A DNA stretch of 64,000 nt from positions 320,001-384,000 of the forward strand of contig CAVVCZ010000004.1 of the NCBI GenBank assembly GCA_963746845.1, given 5' to 3'. The translations under genes and the position numbers were made by a program. Source of the DNA: an uncultured Chloroflexia bacterium (GTDB lineage: Bacteria; Chloroflexota; Limnocylindria; Limnocylindrales; CSP1-4). Shown piece after piece: positions 45,354-55,500 of the stretch (positions within the stretch are counted from its first letter, which is position 1; each line of letters starts with the position of its first letter). A model generated the notes under the pieces. The model ran no database searches. It was not told the origin of the DNA and was given only the letters and a program-made list of their open reading frames with translations.

Positions 45354-47723
45354 ATGACGACCGACGCACCCCTCCAGACGACCCCCGAGGTCGGGGGCAT
45401 GGGTCACTCCGTCAAGCGCAAGGAGGACCCCCGGTTCATCCGGGGAAAGGGCGAGTACATCGACGACGTCAACCTCCCGGGCCAGCTCTGGCTCGACATC
45501 GTCCGCAGCCCGTATGCCCACGCCACGATCAAGGGCATCGACGCCAGCGAGGCGTTGAAGGTCCCGGGCGTGGTCGCCGTGATCACCGGCGCCGACCTCG
45601 AGAAGGCCGGTCTCCACTGGATGCCGACCCTCGCGGGCGACAAGCAGATGGTCCTGCCGACGACGACCGTGATGTACCAGGCCCAGGAGGTCGCGGCCAT
45701 CGTCGCCACCTCGCGCTACGCGGCCGCCGACGGCGTGGCCGCCGTGATGGTCGACTACGAGCCGCTGCCGGTCATCGTCGACCCGCACAAGGCGCTCGAG
45801 CCGGATGCGTTCGTCCTCCGTCCGGACCGGGGTCCGGACAAGCAGAACAACCACATCTGGCACTGGGAATCGGGGGACAAGGCCAAGGCCGATGCGGCGA
45901 TGGCCGCCGCCGAGGTCCACGTCGAAGAGGACATCTACATCCCGCGGATCCACGTCGCGTCGATCGAGACGTGCGGCTGCGTCGCCGACTGGGACGCCGT
46001 CCGCGGCCAGCTGACCCTCCACATGACCACCCAGGCGCCGCACGCGATCCGGACGGTCCTCGCCCTGGTCTCCGGCCTGCCGGAGCAGAACATCCGGGTG
46101 AAGACCCACGACATCGGCGGCGGCTTCGGCGGCAAGGTGCCGGTCTACCCCGGCTACGTCCTCGCGGTCGTCGCCAGCCTGACCGTCGGCAAGCCGATCA
46201 AGTGGATCGAGGATCGCTCGGAGAACCTCCAGGCGGACTCGTTCGCCCGGGACTACCACATCCACGCCGAGATGAGCGCCACCAAGGCGGGCAAGATCAC
46301 CGGCCTCAAGGTCCGGACGATCGCCGACCACGGCTACACCGATGCCGCGGCCGACCCGTCGAAGTTCCCGGCCGGGCTGTTCAACGTCATCACCGGCTCG
46401 TACGACTTCCAGAACGCGTTCGTCGAGGTCGACGGCGTCTACACGAACAAGCCGCCGGGCGGCGTCGCCTACCGCTGCTCGTTCCGGGTGACCGAGGCCG
46501 TCCACGCGATCGAGCGGATGGTCGACATCCTCGCCCACGACATCGGCAAGGACCCGGCCCAGCTCCGGATGGAGAACTTCATCCAGCCCGACCAGTTCCC
46601 GTACGCCACGCCGACGGGCTGGTCGTACGACTCGGGCAACTACCCGGCCGCCCTCCAGAAGGCGATGGACATGATCGACTACGCCGGGCTCCGCCGGGAG
46701 CAGGCGGAGAAGCGGGCCCGTGGCGAGCTGATGGGCATCGGGATCAGCAGCTTCACCGAGATCGTCGGCGCGGGACCGTCCCACGACTTCGACATCCTCG
46801 GGATCAAGATGTTCGACTCGTGCGAGATCCGGGTCCACCCGACGGGCAAGGTCATCGCCCGGCTCGGCGTCCAGTCGCAGGGCCAGGGCCACGAAACCAC
46901 CTTCGCCCAGATCATCGCCGAGGAGCTCGGCTTCCCGGTCGCCGACATCAAGATCGAGGAAGGCGACACGGATACCGCGCCGTATGGGCTCGGGACCTAT
47001 GCGTCACGCTCGACACCGGTCGCCGGCGCCGCCACGGCCGTCGCCGCGCGCAAGATCAAGGAGAAGGCCCGGCACATCGCCGCGCATCTCCTCGAGGCGA
47101 GCGCGGACGATCTCGAGTGGTCCAACGGGAAGTGGAGCGTCAAGGGCTCACCCGAGCGCTTCAAGACCATCCAGGAGATCGCCTTCGCGGCCTACACCAA
47201 CCATCCGGCCGGGATGGAGGCCGGCCTCGAGGCCGTCGACTACTACGACCCGCCGAACCTGACGTTCCCGTTCGGCAGCTACATCTGCGTCGTCGACATC
47301 GACAAGGGGACCGGTGAGGTCCACGTCCGCCGCTTCGTCGCGATCGACGACTGCGGCAACATCATCAACCCGATGATCGTCGACGGCCAGATCCACGGCG
47401 GGCTCACGATGGGCCTGGCGCCGGCACTGTACGAGTCGATCACCTACGACGACAACGGCAACAACCTCGCCGGCACGTTCATGGACTACCTCCTCCCGAC
47501 CGCGGTCGAGACTCCGGCGTGGGAGGTCGGCAAGACGGTCACGCCGTCGCCGCATCACCCGATCGGCGCGAAGGGCGTCGGGGAGTCGGCCACCGTCGGC
47601 GCCCCGCCGGCGATCGCGAACGCCGTCGTCGATGCCCTGTGGCATCTCGGCGTCCGCAACATCGACATCCCGATCACCCCCCAGAAGGTCTGGGCGATCC
47701 TGCACGAGAAGGGCGTCTCGTAG
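45354..47723 (+). CDS. coxL: Form I aerobic [MoCu] CO dehydrogenase large subunit
   Basis: Diagnostic AYRCSFR active-site loop; GGGFGGKV, LQADSFARDY. Confidence 0.97.
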   Translation: MTTDAPLQTTPEVGGMGHSVKRKEDPRFIRGKGEYIDDVNLPGQLWLDIVRSPYAHATIKGIDASEALKVPGVVAVITGADLEKAGLHWMPTLAGDKQMVLPTTTVMYQAQEVAAIVATSRYAAADGVAAVMVDYEPLPVIVDPHKALEPDAFVLRPDRGPDKQNNHIWHWESGDKAKADAAMAAAEVHVEEDIYIPRIHVASIETCGCVADWDAVRGQLTLHMTTQAPHAIRTVLALVSGLPEQNIRVKTHDIGGGFGGKVPVYPGYVLAVVASLTVGKPIKWIEDRSENLQADSFARDYHIHAEMSATKAGKITGLKVRTIADHGYTDAAADPSKFPAGLFNVITGSYDFQNAFVEVDGVYTNKPPGGVAYRCSFRVTEAVHAIERMVDILAHDIGKDPAQLRMENFIQPDQFPYATPTGWSYDSGNYPAALQKAMDMIDYAGLRREQAEKRARGELMGIGISSFTEIVGAGPSHDFDILGIKMFDSCEIRVHPTGKVIARLGVQSQGQGHETTFAQIIAEELGFPVADIKIEEGDTDTAPYGLGTYASRSTPVAGAATAVAARKIKEKARHIAAHLLEASADDLEWSNGKWSVKGSPERFKTIQEIAFAAYTNHPAGMEAGLEAVDYYDPPNLTFPFGSYICVVDIDKGTGEVHVRRFVAIDDCGNIINPMIVDGQIHGGLTMGLAPALYESITYDDNGNNLAGTFMDYLLPTAVETPAWEVGKTVTPSPHHPIGAKGVGESATVGAPPAIANAVVDALWHLGVRNIDIPITPQKVWAILHEKGVS

Positions 47724-47757
47724 GGCTCCGCCCGGCGAACGTTCCGGACCCGCGTCC

Positions 47758-48804
47758 ATGACCCGCAGCGTCTTCGCGAGGGCGGCCGAGCTCGAAGAGG
47801 CCGGCCGCCCGTTCGTCGTCGCGACCGTCGTCGCCGTCGCCCGGCCGACGTCCGCGCGACCCGGCGCGAGCGGCATCGTCCACCCCGACGGCACGATCGA
47901 GGGCTGGGTCGGCGGCAGCTGCGCCCAGCCCGTGGTCGTCCGCGAGGCGCTCCATGCGATGGCCGACGGCCAGCCCCGCCTCCTCCGCCTGTCGAAGGAC
48001 GGGCCGGCCGAGGGGCGGCGCGCCGACGGCGTCATCGAGCTCGTGATGACCTGCCACTCCGGTGGCACCCTGGAGATCTACGTGGAACCGCATCTCCCCG
48101 CGCCGCTCCTGTGGGTCGCCGGCACGACCCCGATCGCCGGCGCCCTCGCCACGCTCGGTGCCGCCTCCGGATGGCGCGTCTCGGTCTTCGACCCGTTCGC
48201 GGCCGCGGAGGACTTCCCGGCGGCGGAGCGGGTCAGCCCGGAGGTGGCGCTCGGTCGCGTCGACCCGGAGTCGAGCCCGTACATCGTCGTCGCGACGCAG
48301 GGCCAGTGGGACGAGGAGGCCCTGGCCGCCGGGCTCCGCCGGAATGCCTCCTACGTCGGGCTCGTCGCCTCACCGACGCGGGCGAACGTCGTCCGCCAGT
48401 GGCTCCGCGACGAGACCGGTCTCGCCGAGGAGCGGCTCGCCGCGCTCCGCGCCCCGGCGGGCATGGACCTCGGCGCGGAGACGCCCGAGGAGATCGCGCT
48501 CTCGATCCTCGCCGAGCTGGTCCAGGTCCGGCGCGGTCGCGCCCCGTTCGTCGCGGCGCCCGGTCCGGCGACGCTCAGCGGTGACGCGGCCATGGCCGTC
48601 CAGCCGCTCCAGCCCGTGGTCGACGACATCGTCCTCGTCGACCCGGTCTGCGGGATGACGGTGGATCGCTCGACGGCTCGCCACCTCGCCGAGCACGACG
48701 GCACGGTCTACGCGTTCTGCTCGATCGGCTGCCGGACGCGGTTCATCAAGGAGCCGTCGGAGTATCTGTCCGCTCCCGGCACGCACTCCATGGAGGCCTC
48801 ATGA
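47758..48804 (+). CDS. XdhC/CoxF-like accessory protein with C-terminal YHS metal-binding domain
   Basis: GWVGGSCA, MTCHSGG, APAGMDLG; C-terminal DPVCGM...YAFCSIGC. Confidence 0.88.
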   Translation: MTRSVFARAAELEEAGRPFVVATVVAVARPTSARPGASGIVHPDGTIEGWVGGSCAQPVVVREALHAMADGQPRLLRLSKDGPAEGRRADGVIELVMTCHSGGTLEIYVEPHLPAPLLWVAGTTPIAGALATLGAASGWRVSVFDPFAAAEDFPAAERVSPEVALGRVDPESSPYIVVATQGQWDEEALAAGLRRNASYVGLVASPTRANVVRQWLRDETGLAEERLAALRAPAGMDLGAETPEEIALSILAELVQVRRGRAPFVAAPGPATLSGDAAMAVQPLQPVVDDIVLVDPVCGMTVDRSTARHLAEHDGTVYAFCSIGCRTRFIKEPSEYLSAPGTHSMEAS

Positions 48805-49241
48805 AGTTCGAGGGAACCGTCGACATCGCCGCGCCGCGTGACAAGGTCTGGGCCTTCGTCATCGATCCGAACCAGGTCGGCCAGTGCGGGCCGGGGGTCG
48901 AATCGATCGAGGTCATCGACGACACGCACTTCAAGGCGACGGCGAAGGTGGGGATCGGCTTCATCAGCGCACGGTTCGTCGTGAACATGGAGATGGCGGA
49001 GCAGCAGCCGCCGGACCGGGCGGTGATCAAGGCCCACGGCCAGGCGCCCGGCAGCGCGGTCGACGCGACGGCCCAGATGACGCTCAGCGACGGCGAATCC
49101 GGCGGGACCCGGATGGACTGGAGCGCGGACGTCGCGATCTCCGGCAGCCTCGCGTCGCTCGGCGCGCGCCTGATCGAGGGGACCGCGAACAAGATGATCG
49201 GCCAGACCTTCGAGTGCATGAAGGAGAAGCTCGAGGGGTAG
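48801..49241 (+). CDS. coxG: CoxG (SRPBCC) CO dehydrogenase accessory protein
   Basis: APRDKVWAF..DP...CGPG, GSLASLGARLI; context. Confidence 0.88.
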   Translation: MKFEGTVDIAAPRDKVWAFVIDPNQVGQCGPGVESIEVIDDTHFKATAKVGIGFISARFVVNMEMAEQQPPDRAVIKAHGQAPGSAVDATAQMTLSDGESGGTRMDWSADVAISGSLASLGARLIEGTANKMIGQTFECMKEKLEG

Positions 49242-49274
49242 GGAAGGGCGGCCGGCCGGCCCGACCGGAGCACG

Positions 49275-49913
49275 ATGGAGCGGATCAGCCGGGTCGTCGG
49301 CCCGGTGGCGACCAACGTCCACGTCCTTGCGGATCCGCGCACGCGCGAGGCCATCGCGATCGATACGGCGATCCCGTCGCTGGCCTGGATCGCCGACGAG
49401 CTGGCCGCCCGCGACTGGACGCTCAAGCTCATCGTCTCCACGCACGGGCACTGGGACCACATCGGGGACAACGCCGCGGTGTCGGCCGCCACGGGCGCCG
49501 AGATCGCCGTGCATGCCCTGGACCGGGAGGCGCTGATCCGGCCGATGCCGCTCTGGGCGCCGTTCGAGATCCCGCCGTCCGTGCCGGCGGTCGAGCTCGC
49601 CGAGGGCGGCGAGATCCGGTTCGGCGAGATCCGGCTCCAGGTGCTCCACACGCCGGGCCACACCCCGGGCTCGGTCTGCCTGCTCTCGAACGACGATGGG
49701 CTGCTGCTCAGCGGCGACACGCTGTTCGCGGGCGGCTGGGGCCGGACGGACCTGCCGGGCGGCTCCGAGGCGGCGATCGCGGAGTCGCTCGTGCGCCTGT
49801 CCGAGCTCGAGGCGCCGGTGACGGTCCTGCCCGGCCACGGCCCGTCGACGACGATCGGCCGCGAGCGGCCGTGGCTGGAGCTGGTGCGGTCGACCGGGCG
49901 GCTGCCCGCCTGA
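49275..49913 (+). CDS. Metallo-beta-lactamase-fold hydrolase (glyoxalase II-like)
   Basis: THGHWDH, TPGHTPG, GDTLF, PGHG. Confidence 0.92.
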   Translation: MERISRVVGPVATNVHVLADPRTREAIAIDTAIPSLAWIADELAARDWTLKLIVSTHGHWDHIGDNAAVSAATGAEIAVHALDREALIRPMPLWAPFEIPPSVPAVELAEGGEIRFGEIRLQVLHTPGHTPGSVCLLSNDDGLLLSGDTLFAGGWGRTDLPGGSEAAIAESLVRLSELEAPVTVLPGHGPSTTIGRERPWLELVRSTGRLPA

Positions 49914-50152
49914 ATCGGACGCTTCCGTTGCGGCCATGGGTCACCGACGTGCTCGAATGCGGAACGTCGGCCGTCCCTGCCGGACATGTCGTCGACACAT
50001 GCTCGAACGGTGTCGCACGGATCCGGGCGATCAGGGACCAACCGGCGACGTCCCACGATGGGCCACGCACATCAGCGGACAGGCGTACCCGGGCGGGGCG
50101 GGGCCCCCGCGCCGGGCGGGGCGGGGCCCGGCGCCTCGCGCCGCCTCGCGCG

Positions 50153-50293
50153 CGTGTGTCACTCCCACGCGAACACGCGATAGGTTTCGTTGCGTGTGCG
50201 CGGCACACGGCCGACACGACGGCGGGCGCCCGTGACGCTCGGATCGGCGGGAAGGTCGGTCGGCTCGCCGTTCTCGCGTGTGTCAGGCACACG
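50153..50293. repeat. Second copy of the three-palindrome CGTGTG...CACACG element
   Basis: CGTGTGTCACTCCCACG (50153), CGTGTGCGCGGCACACG (50193), CGTGTGTCAGGCACACG (50277); spacing 40/84 versus 40/83 at 1941-2079. Confidence 0.7.
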
Positions 50294-50352
50294 CGCGGGA
50301 GGGCCGGCCGGGGCGAGGGGAGGCTCGCGCGCCGCGCCCTGCGCCTCAGAGC

Positions 50353-51297
50353 TCAGCCGTTCACGAGCCCCGTCGTGTCGACGACCTCGAGCATCGAGCC
50401 GGTGATCCCCTGGAGCCCGTGCAGGTCGTCGTCGTTCCAGCGCGGGTCGGGGGCGCCCGAGATGTAGTACGCGGAGCCGTTGTCGGCCAGGATCATCCCG
50501 TACTTCTTCAGCGCCGCGAGGATCACGCGGCTCTGCGGACCGTACGCGTTGATGTTCACGCTCGCCTTCAGGCGAACGCGCAGGCCCATCGGCGGGAGCG
50601 ACGCGCTCGATCCGTCGCCCGCGTCGTGGCGGGCCGGGTAGATGTGGGCGGACCGGGTCGACGGGACGGTGAACCGGAGCGCGTGCGCGATCACGCCCGC
50701 CGCGACCTCGTCGTACCGGGCGAGGCCCGGGTAGATCGGCAGCCCTGCGGCATCGGCCGAGGTCCAGCCGTCTGGCCGGAGGGCGTTCGAGGTCAGGTCC
50801 CAGGTGGCGCCGGAGCCGGCGGTCCAGGTTCCGTTGACCTTCGCGGCCGCGAACAGCTCCCACAGCCGGCAGGTCTTCTGGTCGACCATGAGGATGTGCC
50901 GGTCACCACCCGCGCCGGCCCCCTCGATCTTCGGCGATGGCGGGATCGGGTAGCCCACCCGGTCCGATTCGGACGGCCACTGGAACGTGACCGTCGAAGC
51001 AGCCGTCGCCGCCGAGTTGACCATGTTCACGGGGATGCCGTAGCCGGCGAACGTGCCGAAATCCGGATGCAGGTACTTGCTCACGCCCATCGTCGCGATG
51101 AGGGTCGCCGAGTCGCTCCGGACGGGCAGGGCATCGACGCGCTTGTTCCAGACGTTCGACGCGGGAAAGGGCAGCGTGCACGGCGTCCGGTACTTGTAGC
51201 GCGAGATGGTCGGCGCGGCCGACGCCGAGGCGCCGCCGACCGAGGCGGCCACGAGGGCGATGAGGACGGCCACGCGGAGCGAGCGACGAGCGGGCAT
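50353..51297 (-). CDS. Secreted hypothetical protein
   Basis: Signal peptide; motifs GGDRHIL, WTSADAAGLP, HALRFT, LKKYGMILADNGS. Confidence 0.8.
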   Translation of the reverse strand: MPARRSLRVAVLIALVAASVGGASASAAPTISRYKYRTPCTLPFPASNVWNKRVDALPVRSDSATLIATMGVSKYLHPDFGTFAGYGIPVNMVNSAATAASTVTFQWPSESDRVGYPIPPSPKIEGAGAGGDRHILMVDQKTCRLWELFAAAKVNGTWTAGSGATWDLTSNALRPDGWTSADAAGLPIYPGLARYDEVAAGVIAHALRFTVPSTRSAHIYPARHDAGDGSSASLPPMGLRVRLKASVNINAYGPQSRVILAALKKYGMILADNGSAYYISGAPDPRWNDDDLHGLQGITGSMLEVVDTTGLVNG

Positions 51298-51502
51298 GCC
51301 GTCATCGTCCGACGGCGGCTGTCGATGAGCGCTGATCCGATGGTCCCGAACGGTGCCCGAACACACCGCCTGATTGGCTGTCGCGCCCGAACGCCGATGG
51401 CCGCGTTGTCGACCGCGCTGCTCGCTCACGCACATTGAAGTGCGCTCGCTCCGCTGCTCCCCGGCGCCTTGCCCTCGGCGCCCGGACGCGACGAACGCCG
51501 TG

Positions 51503-52513
51503 TTAGCCGAGCGAGACGTCCTTCCGGTAGGCCACGCCGACGCGGTGACGCCGGAAGCCCATTGCCTCGTACACGCGGAGGGCGCCCGAGACGTTCTCCG
51601 CATCGACCCCGAGAGCCGCCTCCGTGAGCCCGCGCTCGCGCAGCGCGACGAGCGAGCGGGCGATCAGCGCCGACGCGAGCCCGCGGCGACGCCACGGCCG
51701 GCGGACGCTGATGTGCTCGAGCCAGCCGCGACCGATCCCCAGCTGGACGTTCTCCTTGGCGAAGACGAACGGCATCACGGAGCCGGCGATCTCGTCGCCG
51801 TCCCAGGCCACCTGCCACAGGCTCGTGTCGAGCTCGGGCATCGCGAACCATCGATCGAAGTCCGCGTCCGTCCGCTCGCCGTGGTTCCAGTGATCGCGGA
51901 ACGCCTCGACGTCGGCGTCCCAGATCCGGCGGTGGTCGTCCGCCTCGACGGGCCGGACCTCCAGTCCGTCCGGCATCGGCAGATCCGGGATCGGCTCGGC
52001 GAGATCGCGGACCATCATGTAGCCGTACCGGACGATCCGGTACCCGGCTCCCTCGTACAGGGCCACGGCGCCCACCTGGACCTCGTCCGGCCAGGCGGTC
52101 AGGGCCCGGTTTCGTGGGCGCCCGTCGACGCGCGCGACCTCGGCGGCGCGCCGCTCGGTCCAGCCGAGCAGGGCCCGGCCGAGACCGCGTCGACGCCACG
52201 CCGGGCGGACCCAGCCCTCCATCTGATGGCTCCCGATCCCGTCGCGTGTCCGTACGTCGGTCTCGGCCGCGGCGACGACCACCCCGTCGATCTCGGCGAG
52301 GAGGACATCCCGACGCGGATCGAACTCGTCGGCGTGCTCGTAGTCGTTCCGGAGCTGTTCGACGGTCGGGATCCAGTCGATCCCGTCGGCGAGATGGGCC
52401 TCGCCGATCAGCGCGGCGAGCGCCGCGTAGTCGCGTGCGGGGTCGAACGGGCGGAAGCGCAGCCCCGGGATCGCCGGCGCGACGGGGAAGGCGACCGGGG
52501 TGTCGTCGATCAT
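51503..52513 (-). CDS. Tandem-domain GNAT acetyltransferase
   Basis: Two RRRGL(G/A) acetyl-CoA motifs, LGVDAEN, YEAMGF. Confidence 0.88.
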   Translation of the reverse strand: MIDDTPVAFPVAPAIPGLRFRPFDPARDYAALAALIGEAHLADGIDWIPTVEQLRNDYEHADEFDPRRDVLLAEIDGVVVAAAETDVRTRDGIGSHQMEGWVRPAWRRRGLGRALLGWTERRAAEVARVDGRPRNRALTAWPDEVQVGAVALYEGAGYRIVRYGYMMVRDLAEPIPDLPMPDGLEVRPVEADDHRRIWDADVEAFRDHWNHGERTDADFDRWFAMPELDTSLWQVAWDGDEIAGSVMPFVFAKENVQLGIGRGWLEHISVRRPWRRRGLASALIARSLVALRERGLTEAALGVDAENVSGALRVYEAMGFRRHRVGVAYRKDVSLG

Positions 52514-53556
52514 GGCGCGTCCTCCGCGCCGGCCGGCTCGACGGCCGGCAGGGGCTTGCGGTAGGCGGTCGTGCTCGAGGCGACCTGGAAGCCGCAGGAT
52601 TCGTAGAGCCCGAGCGCCTGGTTCGCGTTCGCCGAGTCGACGCCGAGCGCTGCCGTCGTGACGCCCCGATCGCGGAGGGCCAGAAGGCTCCGGGCGATCA
52701 GGGCCCGTGCCAGCCCGCGCCTGCGCCAGGGCCGTCGAGTGAACACGGAATCGAGCCAGCCGACCGGGATGCCGTCGTGGCCCTTGTGGATCCCGTTGAG
52801 GATGCCGCCCGCGATCTCGTCGCCGTCGAACGCGACGACCCACAGCGACGTGTCGGTGTCCGGGTCGGCCATCATCTGGGTGTAGACGCTCTCCGGGTCG
52901 TCGACCGACCCGAAGCTCTCGAGAAAGGCCTCCGTGTCGGCAGCGATCACGGCCCGGATCGCGGTCGGCTCGGTCGGGATCGGCCGGGTCTCGAGACCGT
53001 CGGGCAGGGGCAGATCCGGGATGGCCTCGAAGTCGGGGCGGCGCATCGAGTGGAACCGCCGGAACGGCTCGTAGCCTGCCCGTCGCAGGACGATGCCGCC
53101 GCCGACGTCGCCGTCGTGGCTGAACGTCGTCAGCCAGCGCGGCCGGTCGAGCGCCGCGCCCGCGGCCCGGTCCTCGGCGGCCATGGCGATTCGCCGCGCC
53201 TCGGTCCAGGCGAGGAGCCGCGCGCCCACCCCGCGTCGCCGGACATCCGGGTCGACAAAGCAGGCGGACTCGTACCAGCGCTCGCCGTCGGTTGAATCCG
53301 TCCACTGGACCCTGCCGTAGCCGACGATCGCCTCGCCGCTCCGGGCGATGACGAGATCCGTGGCCGGCGTGAAGTGCTGAAGGCTGTCGTAGTAGGCGTG
53401 CATCGCCTCGAACGTGTTCCGTTCGATCTCGCCGTCGGCGCGCCGGGTCCGTTCCGCCGTCGCGTACATCCCCGGCAGCTCCGCCTCGAGATCCATCGAA
53501 GGGTCGATCCGCACCCCGGCCCCGGTCGCGGCGTCCGCCGCCCGCGTGGAGGTCAT
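52510..53556 (-). CDS. Tandem-domain GNAT acetyltransferase (paralogue of the adjacent gene)
   Basis: RRRGVG and WRRRGLARALI motifs, LGVDSAN. Confidence 0.88.
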   Translation of the reverse strand: MTSTRAADAATGAGVRIDPSMDLEAELPGMYATAERTRRADGEIERNTFEAMHAYYDSLQHFTPATDLVIARSGEAIVGYGRVQWTDSTDGERWYESACFVDPDVRRRGVGARLLAWTEARRIAMAAEDRAAGAALDRPRWLTTFSHDGDVGGGIVLRRAGYEPFRRFHSMRRPDFEAIPDLPLPDGLETRPIPTEPTAIRAVIAADTEAFLESFGSVDDPESVYTQMMADPDTDTSLWVVAFDGDEIAGGILNGIHKGHDGIPVGWLDSVFTRRPWRRRGLARALIARSLLALRDRGVTTAALGVDSANANQALGLYESCGFQVASSTTAYRKPLPAVEPAGAEDAP

Positions 53557-54665
53557 CGCCAGCCCTCCGTCCCGTACTTCGCGTCCATGTGCCGGCCCAC
53601 CGCCTTGCCGATCGCCTTCCACTTCCGTCGCTCCTCGGCGCGCGCCAGGCCGTCGACGCGGCGCTCGTGGTGGGCAGCCTCCCGCTGCAGCTTGCGCCAG
53701 CTCTCGAACCGATCCGCCGGCAGACGGCCGTCCGCCCGCGCCGCGCTCACGGCACAGCCCGGCTCGCCGTCGTGCGAGCAGTCATTGAACCGACAGCCGG
53801 CCGCGAGCTCGTCGATGTCGCCGAACGAACGATCGAGGCCGTCGCCGTCCCAGAGGGCCAGCTCGCGCATCCCCGGTGTGTCGAGGATCAGTCCGCCGTC
53901 GGGCAGCAGGTGGAGCTGGCGGCGCGTGGTCGTGTGGCGTCCCCGCGCGTCGTCGTCGCGGATGTCCTGGGTCACGGCGATCTCGGCGCCGGCCAGCCGA
54001 TTCAGGAGGGTCGACTTGCCCACGCCCGACGAGCCGACAAACGCGACCGTTCGGCCGGAGCCGATCCGCTCTCGGACCTGCTCGACGCCACGGCCGTCGA
54101 CGGCGCTCACCGCGATGACGGTCGCGCCCGTCGCCACGGCCTCGACCGCGGCGAGCGCCTCCGCGATGTCGTCGTCGCTGTCCAGGTCGGCCTTGGAGAG
54201 GAGGACGACCGGTTCGGCACCGCTGTCCCATGCGGCCGCCAGGTAGCGCTCGAGACGACGCACATTGAGGTCGGCGTTGAGCGACGCGACGACGAAGACG
54301 ACGTCGAGGTTGGCGCCGACGACCTGCGCCTCGGTCCGCCGGCCCGCGGCCTGGCGGACCAGCGCGGAGCGGCGGGGGAGCAGGGCATGGATGACCGTCT
54401 CACCGGTCATCCCGCCCTCGACCGCGACCCAGTCGCCGACGGCCGGGAATGCCGATGGATCGTCATCCGCGTCGAACCGGAAGCGGCCGCTGACCGCGGC
54501 CCGCTGCTCGCCGGCGGCGCCGGCGAGCTGGTACGAGCCGCGATCCTCGGCGACGACCCGGGCCGGCTCACGGCCCAGCGCGGCATGCGCCGCATGGGCT
54601 GCGGCCAGCGCCTCGGTCCAGCCGAGCGCATGGAGGGTCGTCGGAGCGGCGAAGGTCCCGCTCAT
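53553..54665 (-). CDS. rsgA: Ribosome small subunit-dependent GTPase A
   Basis: AVGDWV, ANLD, SKADL, GSSGVGKST, GRHTTT, DTPGMRE, CRFNDCSH..EPGC. Confidence 0.95.
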   Translation of the reverse strand: MSGTFAAPTTLHALGWTEALAAAHAAHAALGREPARVVAEDRGSYQLAGAAGEQRAAVSGRFRFDADDDPSAFPAVGDWVAVEGGMTGETVIHALLPRRSALVRQAAGRRTEAQVVGANLDVVFVVASLNADLNVRRLERYLAAAWDSGAEPVVLLSKADLDSDDDIAEALAAVEAVATGATVIAVSAVDGRGVEQVRERIGSGRTVAFVGSSGVGKSTLLNRLAGAEIAVTQDIRDDDARGRHTTTRRQLHLLPDGGLILDTPGMRELALWDGDGLDRSFGDIDELAAGCRFNDCSHDGEPGCAVSAARADGRLPADRFESWRKLQREAAHHERRVDGLARAEERRKWKAIGKAVGRHMDAKYGTEGWR

Positions 54666-55465
54666 CCGACGCGCTTCAGCTTGCCGGTCCGCTTGGCGTA
54701 GCGCTCGGCGCGGCCGAACGCCCACAGCCCGAACGGGATGAGGAACACGCCCATCACGATCAGGGGCCAGACGTCGTACAGGAGCTCGTTGACCGGCGTC
54801 CCGTCGACGACGCCCTTGCGGACGCCATCGAGGACGTAGGTCGCCGGCGAGAACTTCGAGAGCACCTGCATCCAGCCGGGCAGGATCGTGACGGAGTAGT
54901 ACACGCCGCTGACGAGCAGCAGGCATGACTGGAGGACGAACGTCATCTGCGCCCCGCGCTCCACGTAGAGGAGCGGCAGGATCGCGGCGATCATCCCGAT
55001 CCCGACGATGCTGAACGAGCCGAGCAGGACGAACGTGATGACCGTGACCGGGTTCGCCCCGGCCACCTCGAGCTGGGGGAAGAACAGGATCAGCACGACG
55101 AGGATCGCGGCGGTGTGGATCAGCCCGTACACCATCGCGTACAGGACCGAGCCGAGCAGCTGCGACCAGCGCCGGATCGGCGCCATCATCGTGTACTCGA
55201 GCGTGCCCTCCCAACGCTCGACGCTGATCGTCTCCGCGATCCAGCTGAACACCACCGAGAGGTAGTTCCAGAAGATCGCGCCGATCATCAGCATCAACGT
55301 GAGGTGGGCGTCGCCCTGATCGGCCCCGATGAGCGAGATGCTGAGCGCACCCGCCACGGAGTAGATCAGGAAGGCGATCTCCCAGCCCCAGTAGCGCCGG
55401 GTCAGGAAGAAGTTGCGCTCCATGAAGGCGTACGACGCCTTCATCTCGTGCGCGAGGGTGGTCAT
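54662..55465 (-). CDS. ABC-2 type exporter permease
   Basis: ERWEGTLEY, SGVYY...LPGWMQ...SPATY; six TM segments. Confidence 0.9.
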   Translation of the reverse strand: MTTLAHEMKASYAFMERNFFLTRRYWGWEIAFLIYSVAGALSISLIGADQGDAHLTLMLMIGAIFWNYLSVVFSWIAETISVERWEGTLEYTMMAPIRRWSQLLGSVLYAMVYGLIHTAAILVVLILFFPQLEVAGANPVTVITFVLLGSFSIVGIGMIAAILPLLYVERGAQMTFVLQSCLLLVSGVYYSVTILPGWMQVLSKFSPATYVLDGVRKGVVDGTPVNELLYDVWPLIVMGVFLIPFGLWAFGRAERYAKRTGKLKRVG

Positions 55466-55500
55466 GGGGGTTCTCCGGGTCTGGGCGCCGGCCCGGCCGC

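Noticed and set aside
49275-49913. Beta-lactamase resistance gene
   Set aside because: No signal peptide and a glyoxalase II-like pattern, so a generic MBL-fold hydrolase.
51344-51392. Three CCCGAAC heptamers upstream of the secreted protein
   Set aside because: Short and irregularly spaced in GC-rich DNA, so not distinguishable from chance.
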